Below, one piece after another: positions 13,396-28,320 of a stretch of 64,000 nt of DNA (position 1 is its first letter; the number at the start of each line of letters is the position of its first letter). The notes below the pieces were generated by a model. It was not told where the DNA came from. It searched no databases and worked only from the letters and a program-made list of their open reading frames with translations. The DNA is taken from NCBI RefSeq assembly GCF_009914755.1, contig NC_060928.1; one strand, written 5' to 3'. Source of the stretch: the human T2T-CHM13v2.0 reference genome, Homo sapiens. Made by a program: the position numbers and the translations under genes.

Positions 13396-14680
13396 TTAAC
13401 AGAGTGAAAAGACAACCTATGGAATGTGAGAAAATATTTGCAAATCATATATTGGATAAGGGATTACTATCCAGAATATATAAAGAACTCCTACAATTCA
13501 ACAATAAAAAACAAGTAACTAAAAAATGGGCAAATGACTTAAATAGACATTTCTCCAAAGATGAAATACCAACATGCATATAAAGAGATGCCTGGCCAGG
13601 CGTGGTGGCTCACGCCTGTAATCTCAGTACTTTGGGAGGCCGAGGCAGGTGGATCACAAGGTCAGGAGACGGAGACCATCCTGACTAACCCAGCAAAACC
13701 CCGTGCCTACTAAAAATACAAAAAATTAGCCAGGTGTGGTGGCAGGTGCCTTAGTCCCAGCTACTTGGGAGGCGAGGCAGGAGAATGGTGGGAACCCAGG
13801 AGGCAGAGCTTGCAGTGAGCCAAGATCACGCCACTGCACTCCAGCCTGGGCGACAAAGTGAGACTCCGTCTAAAAAAAAAAAAGCTCAGTATCAGTAATC
13901 ACTAGAGAAATGCAAACCAAAACTATGAGATATCACCTCATACCCATTATAATGGCTATCAAAAAAAAAACCCAGAAAATAACAAATGTTGGTGAGAATA
14001 TAAAATTAAAAACATGTACACTGTTGATGGAAATATAAATTGTACAGCCATTATGGAAAACAGTTTGACAGTTCCCAAGAGGTTGAAAATTATCATATGC
14101 TCCAGGAATCATATGATATGATTCTTCTGGGTATACACCCCAAAGTACTGAATGCAGAGTCTGGAAGAGATATTTGCAAACCCATGTTCACTGCAGCTGG
14201 AGTCACAATAGCCAAGATATGAAATTTACCTAAGTGTCCATTCATAGATGAATAGATAAAATGTGGTTTACACATATAAAGGACTATTCCACAGCCTTAA
14301 AAATGAAGGAAATTAGATGTAACACATGATTGTCAAGTGTTACAATATGGATATATCTTCAGATTATACTAAATAAGATAGTCACAAAAAGACAAATATG
14401 GTATGGTTCCATTTAAATGAGGTATCTAAAGTAGTCAAATTTATAGAAACAGAATCAGAATGGGGGTTGCCAGGGGATAGGGGAGAGGAGCAAATGGAGA
14501 ATTGCTTAATGGATATAGAGTTTCTGTTTTGCAAGATAAAAAAGCTCTAAAAATCTGTTGCACAACAATGTCAATATACTTCACAGTATTAAAATGTACA
14601 CTTAAAATGGTTAAGATGATAAATTTTATGTTATATGCTTTTTGAGCGCAATTAAAAAATTTTAAAATATTTTTTAAAAA
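13396..14680 (+). mobile_element. L1MB-like 3' fragment with recognisable TSD
   Basis: ORF2 C-terminal homology ([16 protein letters not shown]). Flanked by aaacagtcctattgg and aaacaatcctattgg. Confidence 0.8.
13594..13882 (+). mobile_element. AluY-like, nested in L1
   Basis: gagaatgg...gagcttgcagtgag diagnostic positions and poly(A). Confidence 0.85.
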
Positions 14681-14774
14681 ACAATCCTATTGGCAAACAA
14701 TCCTACTGGCCAGTCTAAGAAACCACCACAGTTATGAAAACTCCATTAGAACCCTGTAGCTCCAACTAATAATT

Positions 14775-16296
14775 AAATCCACACATTTACAGGCAATTGA
14801 TCTTTGCCAAAGATGCCAAGAACATACAATAGAAAAAGGATAGTCTCTTCAATAAATGATGCTGGGAAAACTGAATATCCACAAGCAGAAGAATGAAACT
14901 AGACCCTTATCTCACACCATATACAAAAATCAATTCAAAAGGGATTTTGAACAGTTTCAGATGTGAAACTAATAAACTAGTAGAAGAAAACATGGGGAAA
15001 ACTTCATGACACTGGTCTGGGCAAATTTTTTTTGGGTAAGAGCTAAAAAACACAAGCAACAAAAGCAAAAATAGACAAATGGAATTGCATCAAAGTAAAA
15101 AGCTTCTGTACAGCAAAAGAAACAACAGAGTGAAGAGACAACCCATGGAATGAAAGAAAATATTTGCAAACTATACATCTGATAAAGAGTTAATAATATC
15201 CAAAATATATAAGGAACTCAACCAATTCAATAGGAAAAAACCAAATTACTCAATTAAAAAATGGGAAAAGACTTTAATAGACATTTCACAAAGACAGATA
15301 TGCAAATGGCCAACATGTATATAAAAATGCTCAACATCACTAATAATCAGATAAATGCAAATTAAAACCATAATGAGATAATATTTCATACCTGTTAGAA
15401 TGGCAATTATAAAAAAATGACAGAAAAGTTTTGGTAATGATGTGGAGAAAGGGAGAACCCTTGTACAATGTTGGTGGAAATGTAAATTAGTAGAGCCATT
15501 ATGGAAAATGGTACAAAGTTCCTTAAAAAATTAAAACTATGATCTAGCAATCCCATTTGATACATATGCAGAGGAAATGAAAGAGATGAGCACCCCCATG
15601 TTCCCTGTAATATTATTCACAATAGTCAAGATATAAAATTAACCAAAGTATCCACTGATGGATGAATGGAAAAAGATGTAGTATGTGTATATATGTACAT
15701 ATATACACACATATATATATAAACATATATATACACACACACACACATACACATACATACACACACAGTGAAATATTCAGCCTTAAAAAAGAAGGAAATT
15801 GTGTCATTTGTGACAACATACATGAACCTGGAAGACATAACACTAAGTAAAACAGGCACAGAAGGACAAACATTACATGACTTCATTTATATGTAGAATC
15901 TAAAACAAGTAGAACTCATGGAAGCAGAGAGTCGAATGATGGTGGCCAGAGACTAGGGAACTTGAGGGAAATGGGATTATGTTGGTCAAAGGGTACAAAG
16001 CTTCAGTTAGATAGAAGGAGTAAGTTCTGGTGATCTAATGCACAGCATGGTGATTATAGTTAATACTGTATTGTGTACTTGAAATCTGCTAAGAGTATAG
16101 ACTTTAAATGTTCTCACCACACTCGCATGTACATACATACACAAACGTAACTACTAAGTGAGGTGATGAATATGTTACCTCTGTGGCTGTGGTAATCATT
16201 CCACAAAGGGTATACCAAAACATCACATTATATATCATAAATTCATACAACATTTATTTGTTCATTATATCTAAATAAAGCTCTGTGAAAAAAAAA
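14775..16296 (+). mobile_element. L1MA-like 3' fragment with an internal (TA)/(CA) microsatellite (15680-15768)
   Basis: ORF2 3' part and 3'UTR motifs, ending aataaagc...poly(A). Confidence 0.8.
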
Positions 16297-16380
16297 GAAT
16301 CTTCTGGACCCCCAAGAACAGTGCTAGTTGGTTTTCATCTGATCAAAGAAAACCTTAAGGCAACACAGGCCTTTAAGGTA

Positions 16381-18745
16381 CAGACACACCTCAGAGATAC
16401 TGTGGATTCAGTAATAAGGTAAATATCACAATAAAGCAAGTCACACAAATTTTTTGGTTTCCCACTGCATATAAAATGTATGTTTACACTATACTGAGGT
16501 CTATTAAGTGTACAATAACATAATGTCTAAAAAAGCAATGTACATACCTTAATTAAAAATACTTTATTGCTAAAAATGCTTACAATCATCTGAGTCTTCA
16601 GTGAGTTATAATCTTTTTGCCAGTGGAGGGTCTTGCCTTGATGTTGAGGGCTGCCGACTGATCAGGGTGGTGGTTACTGAAGGTCGGGAGCTGTGGCAAC
16701 TTCTCAAAATAAGACAACAATGAAGTTTGCTGCATCAATTGATTCTTCCTTTCACCAAAGATTTCTCTGTAGTATGTGATGCTGTTTGACAGCATTTTCT
16801 CCATAGCAGAACTTCTTTCAAAATTGGAGTTAATCCTCTCAAGTCTTTCCACTGCTTTATTAAGTAAGTTAATGTAACATTCTAAATCCTTTGTTGTCAT
16901 TTCAACAATGTTCACATTATCTTCACCAGGAGCAGTTTCCATTTCAAGAAACCACTTTCTTTACACATTCAAAAGAAGCAACTCCTCATCCATTAAAGTT
17001 TTATCAGGAGATTGTACCAATTCAGTTACATCTTTAGACTCCACTTATAATTCTAGTTCTCTTGCTATTTCCACATCTGCAGTGACTTCCTCCACTGAAG
17101 TCTTGAACCCCCAAAGTCGCCCATGAGAATTGGAATCAACTTCTTCCAAACTCCTGTAAATGTTGATATTTTAACCTCCCCCCATGAATCACAAATATTC
17201 TTAGTGCCTTTTAGGATGGTGAATCCTTTCCAGAAGTTTTTCAATTGACTTCACCCAGATCCATCAGAGGAATCACTGGGCAGCGATACCTTAAAAAATG
17301 TATTTCTTAAATAAGAAGACTTGGAAACTGAAATTACTCCTTGATCCACTGGCTACAGAATAGATGCTGTGTTAGCAGGCATGAAAACAACATTTATCTC
17401 CCTCCCCATCTCCATCAGAGCTTTTGGGTAACCAGGCGCATTGTCAATGAGCAATCATATTTTGAAAGAAGTCTTTTTTTCTGAGTGGTAGATCTCAACA
17501 GTGGGCTTAAAATATTCAGTAAACCCTGCTGTAAACAGATACACCATCATCCATGCTTTGTTATTCCATGAATAAATCACATGCAGAAATGTAACATAAT
17601 TCGTAAGGGGGCTAGGATCTTCAGAATGCTAAATGAGCACTGGCTTCATTTTAAAGTCACCAGCTGCATTAGCCCCTAAAAATGGAGTCAGCCTGTCCTT
17701 TCAATCTTTGAAGCCAGGCACTGACTTCTCTTCTCTAGCTATGAAGGTCCTAGATGGCACTTTCTTCCAGTGTAAGGGTGTTTCATCTGCATTTAAAATC
17801 TATTGTTTAGTGAAGCCCCCTTCAATTATCCTAGCTGGATCTTCTGAAAACTTGTTGTGGCTTCTTCATCAGCACCTGCTGCTTCACCTTGCATTTTTAT
17901 GTTTTGGAGATTGTGTCTTTCTTTAAACATCATGAACTAGCCTCTGCTAGCTTCAAACTTTTCTTTTGCAGCTTCTTCACCTCTCTCAGCCTTCCTACCA
18001 TTGAAGAGAATTAGGGTCTTGCTCTGGATTAGGCTTTGGCTTAAGGGAATGTTGTAGCTGGTTTAATCTTCTACCTAGACCACTCAAACTTTCTCCATAT
18101 CAGCAAAAACGGTGTTTTGCTTTCTTATCATTCATTTGTTCACTCAAGTAGCCCTTTTAATTTCTCTGAAGAACTTTCCCCTTGCATTCACAACTAGGTA
18201 AACTGTTTGGTTTAAGAGGCCTAGTTTTCAGCCCATTTCGGCTTTTGACTTCACTAAGCTTAATCATTTCCTGCTTTTGATTTAAAGTGAGAGACATATG
18301 ACTTTTCCTTTTACTTGAACACTTAGAGGCCACGGTAGGGTTATTAATTGGCCTAATTTTAATATTTTTGGGTCTCAAGGAACAGGCAGGCCGAAGGAGA
18401 GGGAGAGAGAGATAGGGAAATGGCTAGTCAATAGAGCAGTCAGAAGACACAACATTTACCAATTAAGTTCACCATCTTATATATAGGGCATGGTTTGCAG
18501 CACCCCCAAACAAGTACAATAGTAACATCCAAGATCACTGAACTCAGATCACCAAAACAGATATAATAATGAAAAAGTTTTATGTATTTTGAGAATTACC
18601 AAAATGTGACAGAGACACACAGTGAGCAAATGTTGTTGGAAAAATGGCACTGACAGACATGCTTGATGTAAGGTTGCCACAAACTTTCAATTTGTAAAAA
18701 ATGCAATATTTGCAAAGTGCAATAAAGCAAAAATAGGTATACTTG
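16381..18745 (-). mobile_element. Tigger1 (TcMar-Tigger) DNA transposon, near full length, transposase decayed
   Basis: TA-flanked TIRs (cagacacacctcagagata / aggtatacttg). Transposase fragments KRKSHMSLTLNQKQEMIKLSE and VEMTTKDLECYINL...QTSLLSYF. Confidence 0.9.
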
Positions 18746-18940
18746 TATAATTACAGTATCTTTCCCTTTACAAACTCTCTACAATTTAACTCAAAAAGCC
18801 ATAGCTCCAACAAGTTTTAACGACTTCAAAGGCATTAGGCATTCTTCCTTCCAAAGCTGACTGAAGAATCAAGGGACATACTGAAGTGTTTACTTAAAAT
18901 TAGGTTGTTCCTTCTGGGTCTGAGGAATGCATGAAGTTAC

Positions 18941-19081
18941 ATTTGTTCATATGTTATGAGTCCTGCTGGTGTGAGCCAGAATGAAAAAGGCTCCAAATAA
19001 GTGCTCCTTTCTGCTGGCGCTACCGGATTCACCTTCACAGCCTTCAACATCAGGCATGCAGTGTCCTCATTACAGTTTACC
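18941..19081 (-). pseudogene. Stop-free exon remnant (VNCNEDTACLMLKAVKVNPVAPAERSTYLEPFSFWLTPAGLITYEQ), phase 2->2
   Basis: Acceptor attctttttag|, donor AT|gtaact, 141 nt. Confidence 0.75.
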
Positions 19082-22000
19082 CTAAAAAGAATGCTATGAC
19101 TTAGTGGATAAATGGAGAAGAGGACACAACAGAAGTCAATTATGCATTTAATATCAATGGGGAAAAATGTATGCGATGCGATCCTATGCCCCAAGTGGTA
19201 AACTAAATCTAAATCCCATGCAAGGACACTATCACTTCAGGAAATGTGTTATCAGAACACGAGATAACAAGGCAGTGGCCTTCATTAATAACCCTGCTGA
19301 AGGCTATGTCCTTGTACCCATTCAGCTTCTTCCTAAGCTTGTGAGTCTAAGTCCACACAATAATGATGAGGCATATATATATTTAGTGGTATGCAACTGT
19401 AGCTTCACAGCCAAAAAAGAGAATAAATATTAAAATAATGGTATGTGGAAAAGATTGTTCAAGATACTTTAATGGTGTCATTTCAATTTAACAAATGTTC
19501 TTTAATATTGGTTACTATGTAAAACACCATCCTAAACACTGGGGCCAGGCCTGGGGCGGGGGATTTGAAAAACGAAATAACACGACATAACATGGCAGTC
19601 AAAGGAAAAGCTGCATCTCTGAGGTTATGCTTGAAGAGCATCTTAAAAGATATAAAAGATAAAGGGATTATCAATAAGTTTAGAAAGAAAGAAGGATTGA
19701 GAACCACAGTGGAAAGCCAGGAGGGCCTTTATGACTAAGAGAGCATCATAAACAAAGCTGTCAAAAGTACATAAATGTGACAGACATGTGGAGACTGCTA
19801 AAGATATCTATGGCAAAAGCATAAGGAGCAACAACAAATATAGTTTCCCTTTCCACTCTAGCAATAGTTTATTTTAAATTCTACATATGGGGTTGTGCCT
19901 GTCTTGTTCATTGCTGTGCTTTATATGTTTTGGGCCTATAATAGGTACTTAAGATTTGTTGAATGGATAGGCAAAAGATGAGGCCAGAAAGATAGTTGAG
20001 GGGCCAGATCACAATTCCCCTCCAATGCTAGGCTTGGTATTTAGATTTTATTTTTCCTTCTGGTAAAAACACATGACATAAAATTGACCATCCGAACCAT
20101 TTTTAAGTGTGCAGCATAGTAGTGCTAACTCTATACATCCTGTTGTGCAGTAGATCTCGAACTTTTTCAGACTGCAAAACTGAAACTGTATACTCACGGA
20201 ACGACTCCACATTCAGAATTTGGATTTTGTTCTATGGGTAATAACGTGTTCCTGAAATTTTTTGAGAAGGCTTTCTTACATTTTGGGAAGTAACCTAAGG
20301 GTACGCCAAAGCATCAGTGGGCTGCATGAAGGGAAAACCATTAGGTGTTTAGTAGATTGGTACGGTGAATAGACTAGACTATAGATTATTTTCTGTTTTA
20401 AAGAAAATCCTAACTGCAACATATGTAAAAATTGTTGATATATAAATTTATCTGAAATATACTGATAATGCTTACTCATTTCAATATTTAAAAAAACACT
20501 CAAAAATACCCTAATATCTAACAGCATAGCACAACTTAAACATATCCTTAATTGCAATTTACTTACGTTATGCCAAAAGGCCCTTAGCTCAAAATTGCTG
20601 CAAGTCATGGACTGTTTATGTGAATATTTCTAACAAGCATTCCATTCTCCAACAGACTGAGTTCCAGGCTTTCACCCTCTTACTCCCTTGGCCTTGATCC
20701 AATATTTAACACAGACTCTTCAGCATTTCATTTATATCTTGCATGCTATTCTTCATTAGGGCACAAAATACACATGATCGTAGATTGTAGAAGAAAATTA
20801 TAGATGGCTTATTTATTCTAAAGGACACAGTATTCTGTTTCTTTTTAAAAATGTGATATTCACCTAAGGTTCTCGGTATTTCCCTACTAAATTGTCCTTA
20901 GCTTTTTAGAAAGCATAAAATGTAGCACAGATACATTCATTCCATTAGTCACTCAAATAGCCAGTGTAAATTAAACTACCCTTCCTTAAGTCAATACTTC
21001 GTAATTTATAAGGACTTTAAGAAACCAATGCATAATATTTACTGGGAATATTTATGTTAATGTGAGGATAAGCTAATAACAATAAGAAGAATAAATTTCC
21101 TTAAGAAAATTTGGAAGAAGACAGAAAACATAAATATAAGCTGTTGAGAATATTAAATCTGCACTTTCTTCTGAAGGAAATGAAATTGCTCAAAAAATGT
21201 TAGAATTTCCAAATTACTGTTAAGGCATTTTAGTCCCAGTTTCCCAATAAAATAATATCATTTATTTTGTTTTTTCATTGTGTAAACAGAAGCCTGAATC
21301 AGTTTTGCAATAAACTGTTGGATCAAAAGAGCCTTTTTCCCAAGTTAGAAAGCTAAAAAGCTTGATGCCAAGGACTAAATTATCTCCAGCTGTAAGAGTA
21401 GATTTCATTTTTCTTGGGAAAGCTGGTAGTAGCTAAATTCATGTCATTTGTATATGAAAGAAAAGATAATCAATGGAAGATTAACAGTACAAATCAGTTA
21501 ATGGGGCACTATGTACACCTACACTTACAGACTTAACCATGGTCATAAAAATATTCACATTCCCACCCAGATACATCTATTTTAGAGGAGTTTGCATTTT
21601 AAAACAGCTAACATGCAATCATATACACTAACATGTTAAAATATATATGATTGTTTATTCACTAAGTTAGTCACAGGTTATAGAATTTAAATTATACATA
21701 AAATAATTATATGCAGAGAAGGGGGACCCCATTTTGCATTCCCACTCTGAGAAATCTGGGATATCAGGTTAGTCACATCTAGTCCTATGTCCTATGTACA
21801 TGTGTACCCCTAAAGGGCTCCAGGTGGAGAGAATGCTTGGCTGGTTTTCAGGTCCTGAATAAGATTCCTAAACAAGACAAAAACTGCCCTCAATCTCTGG
21901 AAAGTGCAGGAGATAGCTGGTGTGCACGCTACACCCCTCAGACTGCAACCTTGGGTAGTACCACTTAAATATCCTTCAACTTGCCCAGAGGACTTAATCC

Positions 22001-22085
22001 AAGAAATCAAGAAAGAAAACTAAGTGATTAACAGAGTTGACAGCTTCTTCTGGGCGTCGAGTAATAGATTTAAAAAAGAATCTCG

Positions 22086-22396
<311 letters not shown>

Positions 22397-23003
22397 TTAT
22401 GGCAACAAGAACAGAATTGCTTGAACAGTGAGCAATAATGAGAGGCAGGGACAATGATCATAGAAGCAGAAAGGAGGAACAGGAGTGGAGGTTACCTTTA
22501 CTCACCACAGGCTGAGGTCCTCAAGTGAGGCCCCCTAATGCCAGAAGAGGAAGAACATGGCCCAGAGCAGATAGGAGCAATAGCCTCACAGAGGAGCCAG
22601 GCCTTTGGGGAGAAGGGAGGAGGCTCTGGGTGGTAGCCCGAAGGTCTAATGTGGCTGATAGACTGAGGTTAAGGTAACCGCCTGTCAGTAGTAACCAAGC
22701 ATTCCCAAGAAAACAGGCTACTCCTGGGAAGGATGTAAAAGCCCACGTGCAGTGGGTGGGAAATAAAGTGTGGGAGTAACATATTCAGAAAATAAGGCAG
22801 AGGTCTCAGGAAGAATACCTGTGTTTGGGCTGAGAATGGGTATTATAAGAGGGCATAAGAATTTACGAGCCTCTTTCATGAAAAGTAGGTGAAATCTAAG
22901 TAGAGAACGCAACATTCTAGAAATTGGTATGGAGTAAGTGATAATTTGAGACTAACTGGTGAAAGTTAGTGGACAATTTTCTTTAGCAGGAGAAAGAAGG
23001 AAA

Positions 23004-23130
23004 CTAAGAGGAGAAGGTGGTAGAGAAAGAAAGGGGAGGAAGGAGGTAGAGAAAGAAAGGGGAGGGAGGAGGTAGAGAAAGAAAGGGGAGGAGAAAAAAG
23101 GGAGAGGAGAAAAGAGGGAACAAGAGAGTG
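23004..23130. repeat. Purine-rich tandem repeat (3x ggtagagaaagaaagggga core)
   Basis: Direct reading. Confidence 0.8.
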
Positions 23131-23290
23131 ACAGCAGAGCTAGGGCACAGGGAGTGCATAGATTCATTTAAAGAAAGGCCATACATTTAGGAACTGAGTC
23201 ATGGCAAAAGTGGGAATGTATTATAAAATTAAATAGGTGATGAATCCTTTGTAAAAATTCCTAAAATCTGCACGTGCACACATCCCTAAC

Positions 23291-23840
23291 TGAGACAGGC
23301 AGGGTGGTTGATTCCCTATTTTAAGATGGTCTGGAGGAAAAGGAGAAACGACCCTCACTCAAGTTCTAGCTTAGCTAACTCTCAGCCAATCTGTAACAAG
23401 AGACCCAAGAAGTTATTAACTGCAAGCTCCTATTTCAGGGGGCTGATGATTTCCCCAGAGTCCCATATGAGCAGTTAGGCTTAAAACCCCAACTTAAAGC
23501 TACCTCTTACTCCTCTGAATGCTAAAATTCAGGCCCAGGGGTGGAGATTTAAAATGCTACTACTACATGTAATATAGGAAGAAGCACGTTGAGCCAATGT
23601 GCAAGTGCTAGAAAAACTCCTCCCCTGCGTGCCCTGATGTAACCTTTCCCCACATAGAGAAACCCTAGAAAATGAACCCACAAACTGCCCTCAGAGAGAA
23701 GCCCGCTCCTTTTTCCTTCTCCATGCTATCTTCCTTATGCACAAGCTGGAATAAACTTAAACTTACCTTTGCTGCTATGTTTGGTGATCTCTCTCGATTT
23801 CTATCCTGGAAGACTGCAAGAACCCCGGGTGCTGGTAACA
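23291..23840 (+). mobile_element. Solo ERV1-type LTR followed by (CA)n
   Basis: TG...CA ends, CCAAT boxes, AATAAA, end aagaacccc...ggtaaca. Confidence 0.6.
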
Positions 23841-24231
23841 CAACCACACACACACACACACACACATGTTGTAGAGCAAAATCAGGTAAAACCAGTAAGG
23901 TTTGTTGACTATCAGGCTATCCCAGAAGATGAAGAAATAAGAATTAACTAAATGTGATCTCAGAATAGGTATTTTCTAACACTGCAATCATGAAATACAC
24001 ACATAAACACATATTTGGTCAAGTACTAATATTTTAATGGCTAGAAATGAAAAGGCAAAAGGTGTATCACTTTGTGCACAACAAGGAGGAGAACTGAAAT
24101 CAAAATTATAACAATACTAATGGTAATGAATTCCTTGGAGATGGAAATAATAATATACTTCTAACATTCTCTTTTATATATTTTTTTGTGAGCCATGACA
24201 AAACTAATGCAATGCAAATATCTGCCTGTAA

Positions 24232-24362
24232 GTAGGGTGATCAAATAACTTATTGTCCAAATCAAGGCACTTCTGCAAGAAAAAGGGGAAACTATTAATT
24301 ATTATACTAGAACAGGCATAAACTGGGACAGTCCTAAGCAAACCAAGGAATCTGGTCCTCTA
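24232..24362. mobile_element. hAT-Blackjack MITE (MER81/MER94-like)
   Basis: tagggtga...ggtcctcta inverted termini; gggacagtcc core. Confidence 0.55.
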
Positions 24363-25544
24363 CACATAAGTGTTAAATAACACATCAGTGGTTTCCTACC
24401 TATGAGCAGGAAACAGTGGGGCACAGGAATACTATTACAACTACAGCAATCCAAATGCTCAACAAGTATGGTCAGTAGGTGGAAACATAATATGCACATT
24501 TATATATGCAGCATTAATTTTAAAATGTCTATAGATAATGTTTTACAAAATTCAAATATACTTTAATATTACAAAATTCATGATAGATTTTTATCATCAT
24601 GTATTTTCTCAATCAATGGCTCTAAGAATACCATCAGCATTATGTGTGCCTGGTTGAGAAAACTTTTAACTTTTAAAAGTGTTGGCACTCATTCACTTTT
24701 TGGTCACTGTTATCTGAAGTATTTACCAAACGGTTTAGTAAATGTTGACTATTACTATAAACATTCATTTAAAAAAAAATTAAGTCCCTACTAGGTAGTA
24801 CTAAGCCTACAGCAAAAAACTGGAATGTGGTTGCTATCCTTGAGATACACAAAGCCTAGTTAGGGAGAGAAATAAACAAATCATTATAACCTACTGTGTT
24901 AAGTGCTGTGATATAAGTACAAGCAGCAAGTCCTATGCATGTCTTATCTAAACAGATAAATCACAACATACCATGGCAAAGGCAATAATGAAATGTAAAC
25001 ACAGAGCTCTGAGGTCATAAAGGGTAGAATGACCAACTGGGGGTCAGAAGAGGACAAAAGGGGAAGAGAATGCCATAGGATGGCAGAAATACAACCATCC
25101 ATGAAAACAAAAGCAGACAGAGGAAGAGAACAAATTACTCAGAAATCATCTCCTTACTTAAATCACACACAAAAAAACTATACTTCTTACACAAATACAC
25201 AGCTGCATCTATCCAAATGTTCCCAGAATCCAAGACTCTATAAAATACAACTGGAAAATCTCTGACCAGGAGGAGAATTTTTCACATGTATTTCTTCTAT
25301 GGGCTGTTTTGCCTAAAACAGGTCTACAGATTACTTTTTCTTGCCACTAGAAATAATTAATAGTATATTGCTACTTTTGATGATATGCCCAAAAATATTT
25401 GCTTTGAATCAAATACAATGTAAGAAAATGTAAAATAACTGAATGTTTTTGAGCATATCATTATATTATGTAAATGAACGGTAAAAGTAATATATGGGAT
25501 CAAGCCTTAGACCATCTACAAAGCTACCATGAACGTATATATAC

Positions 25545-25812
25545 CTAAATAACTAATTGTGAGTACATCTTATTTTTAGGAAATGGCAGATGCTGGGGAA
25601 AATATATAATCTAATTTATTTTCAAAGAATGCTTCATGAACCTGTAGCTTTATAACTAAGGAATTATATAATCACAGGTCTCACTGGGGCCTGTACTAGA
25701 AAGATGACTATTTTCTCAATGAAAAGTTGATGATTCAAGAATATAAAATCATCAGTAAAAATTAAACATGTATTTATTGGACATGCTCTGGCAGTTGACA
25801 TTTGTAGCTCAC
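25545..25812 (-). pseudogene. Exon remnant (GELQMSTARACPINTCLIF...APVRPVII*F...PSICHFLKIRCTHN*LFR), phase 1->2
   Basis: Acceptor tttcctcactttattataaacag|, donor AG|gtatat, 268 nt. Resembles the 55326-55569 exon by eye. Confidence 0.6.
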
Positions 25813-26616
25813 CTGTTTATAATAAAGTGAGGAAAAAAATCAATAAACCGAACAATTGCTAGTGAATCAGATTCAATTTACTTAACAGTGTGTTAAAAGA
25901 CACATTTTACATTTGGAGATTGTAAGTCTTCTTGTATAAAATGTGAGACTCGTTTATCTAAAGAATTAGATTGCTCAAGACAAATACGACTTAGTCAACA
26001 AATTTAAATAAAGGGCAAATCAACTTTCCAGGTCTCTTTGACATCAAATTCCTTTGACATAATTATAATGGAATAAACTATTCTGAAAGTTCTCTGAGGC
26101 ATTTCAAAAGCTGGCTACATTCTAAAATTTCAACTAGTTTAATTCAGATTGGTCTTCCTTCCTTGAGGCTTTCTCTATGCAAGATGAGATGTGTCTGAAA
26201 AAAAATGCAATTTAGTTCCATTACTGTAATCCATAATTTTTCACTATGCCCCTAAACAAACCAACTCCTAAAATTGCTAGGAAAACAAAAGATACTAACA
26301 AGTGCCACCAATACCAAACAGAAAAGTAAACACTAGAATATATAAGTTGAACACTAAAAATCAATTTCTATTGAAGGGGTAGTGCTTCTTATTTCCTGGA
26401 TAGATATTCTACTTCATTTTCTAGTATTCACACATTCATTCTTATTCTCTCTCTCCCCTTCCGCCCATGTGTTCTGGGGATGGGGTGATATCTGTCTTTT
26501 TGTCTTTACCTCCATTCCAAATGCACACACATAAAGACCTTCAGGGAGGTTTTAAGGTTCTTGAACCTTGTCTTCGGCATACTATTTTAGGTAAACTGTC
26601 AGAAGGATTAAATATC

Positions 26617-26654
26617 TAATGGTAAAAACTGCAATTACTTTTACACCAACCTAA
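26617..26654. mobile_element. Half MADE1 (Hsmar1 MITE)
   Basis: taatggtaaaaactgcaattacttttacaccaacctaa matches one Hsmar1 TIR arm and is followed by TA. Confidence 0.8.
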
Positions 26655-26849
26655 TACTTCAGGGAAAACTTGGTAGAGCTGTATGACAATCTTTTTTAGA
26701 TTTAACATGTATTTCAGTGATCAAGTCATTTGTGGGAAATTCTTTGACTTATTTTTATTGAAAAATATAATATGAATGTCAGTATGTACAAAAAAATTCA
26801 AATATAATTTCTTTTGGGTAGTAAGTCTACAAATAATTAACATTTGACC

Positions 26850-27226
26850 CATTGGAAAGAGAAAACTGAAATCTTTCCCAGAATAGGTAGGTAATTAGCA
26901 AAGAGAAAAGTACCATTTTTCAGACATACAAAATATGGTACGTTTGTGAAGGAGAGGGGTGGGCCACACAGAGAATTGGCCTCTGAATCTCCGATAAAAG
27001 CAAGATACCAGTCCATACCTAGATGACAACACAGAAGGGTTTCTGGAAGGAGTTTCGCTATTAATATAGGAATGGTCACTGTTTCTTTATGTAAAAATTC
27101 ATAAAATGCAAAATGGCTGAGCAAAAACATTTTTTCTGAAAGACTTAGTAGTGTTAGAAAGAGAAAGCCTAAATTACTCACAAGTGAGTTTTAACATCTT
27201 GTCGAGAGAAGTTCTATATAGGGAGA
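26850..27226 (-). pseudogene. Exon remnant (SPYIELLSTRC*NSLVSNLGFLFLTL...FAFYEFLHKETVTIPILIAK...HLGMDWYLAF...)
   Basis: Acceptor acatttttttag|. ORF track 26837..27181 (114 aa) is in the same frame. Donor position uncertain. Confidence 0.65.
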
Positions 27227-28320
27227 CTAAAAAAATGTAAGTGCTTTCTTCTCATAAATATGTTGTTGCTATCTGAGTCCAGTTTTGGATTTCTATTCTC
27301 TTGTTTTGTTAACCAGGCTAGCCATATACATGTAAAATTAAGGGAAGCCACTTTAAAAGGAATAGCTAAGTAGGTCAATTGGGTGGGATGAATACCAGAA
27401 AGTTTCTGAATACAAGGTATTTGTAATCATCTCTTCTATATTATGGGAAAGAGTTAAAGAGGTAATCCTACAAGAGAAAATTTTTACCTCCTGCAGAGGT
27501 AAAAATAATACTCAGTGTTCATCAATCACAACCTTGATTTCAGACTCTAAAACAGATCATCTCCCTACCCAATGCACACCAGTGTTATGGTTATCTGGAA
27601 GGATCACAGAGAATCCAAGGAACTAATATTGATGAAGCACTTAGGTTCTTTATATACATTGTCTCATCTAACACTCACAACATCCTTGAATGGTGTATAA
27701 TAGGGTTGAAGTAAATGTATTCTATTGATATCTATCAAAATGTCCTTTTCTTCTTCATGTGATTTAAACACACATAGGCAAAGCATCTATACATATTTTT
27801 AAATGACACATTAACATTGAAAGTGATATATCAAACACATTAGAGAGGATGCCTTCTGGAAACGGGAAGGCATGCACATACACATATAATGTTAGCTAAA
27901 TGTCTTATTAGTTTTTAAATGCAAATCTTTTAATTAAAGCACATCCTTCAAGCAACATGTATTGTCATGATCTTAACCACTTAGTAGCCCATGAACAGAA
28001 CTGAGTTCAGTGGTACTTCCTAGCTGCAAATTCTATAGATGAGCACTGTTCAAATTCTCAAAATGGTAATCTTTATAAATGAACTCTGGGTCTACATCAA
28101 AATCCTGGAAATGGAGAAATAGTTACCAATTTCATGTAATGCAAACATTAACATACAAAAAATGAATACATAAAATTTTAATATCCACTTTAATTCTCTC
28201 AATCACCTATGCTGAATATTTACATAACATTATTATTTTAGAAGTGAAAAAGAAAATGGCAGGAAAAAACCTTGTCTTGGACTGGAAAATACTGTTTTTG
28301 CAGTCAGTTTAGAAGACTAA

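Noticed and set aside
23004-23130. CRISPR-like or functional repeat array
   Set aside because: Low-complexity purine tandem repeat with no unique spacers, in primate DNA.
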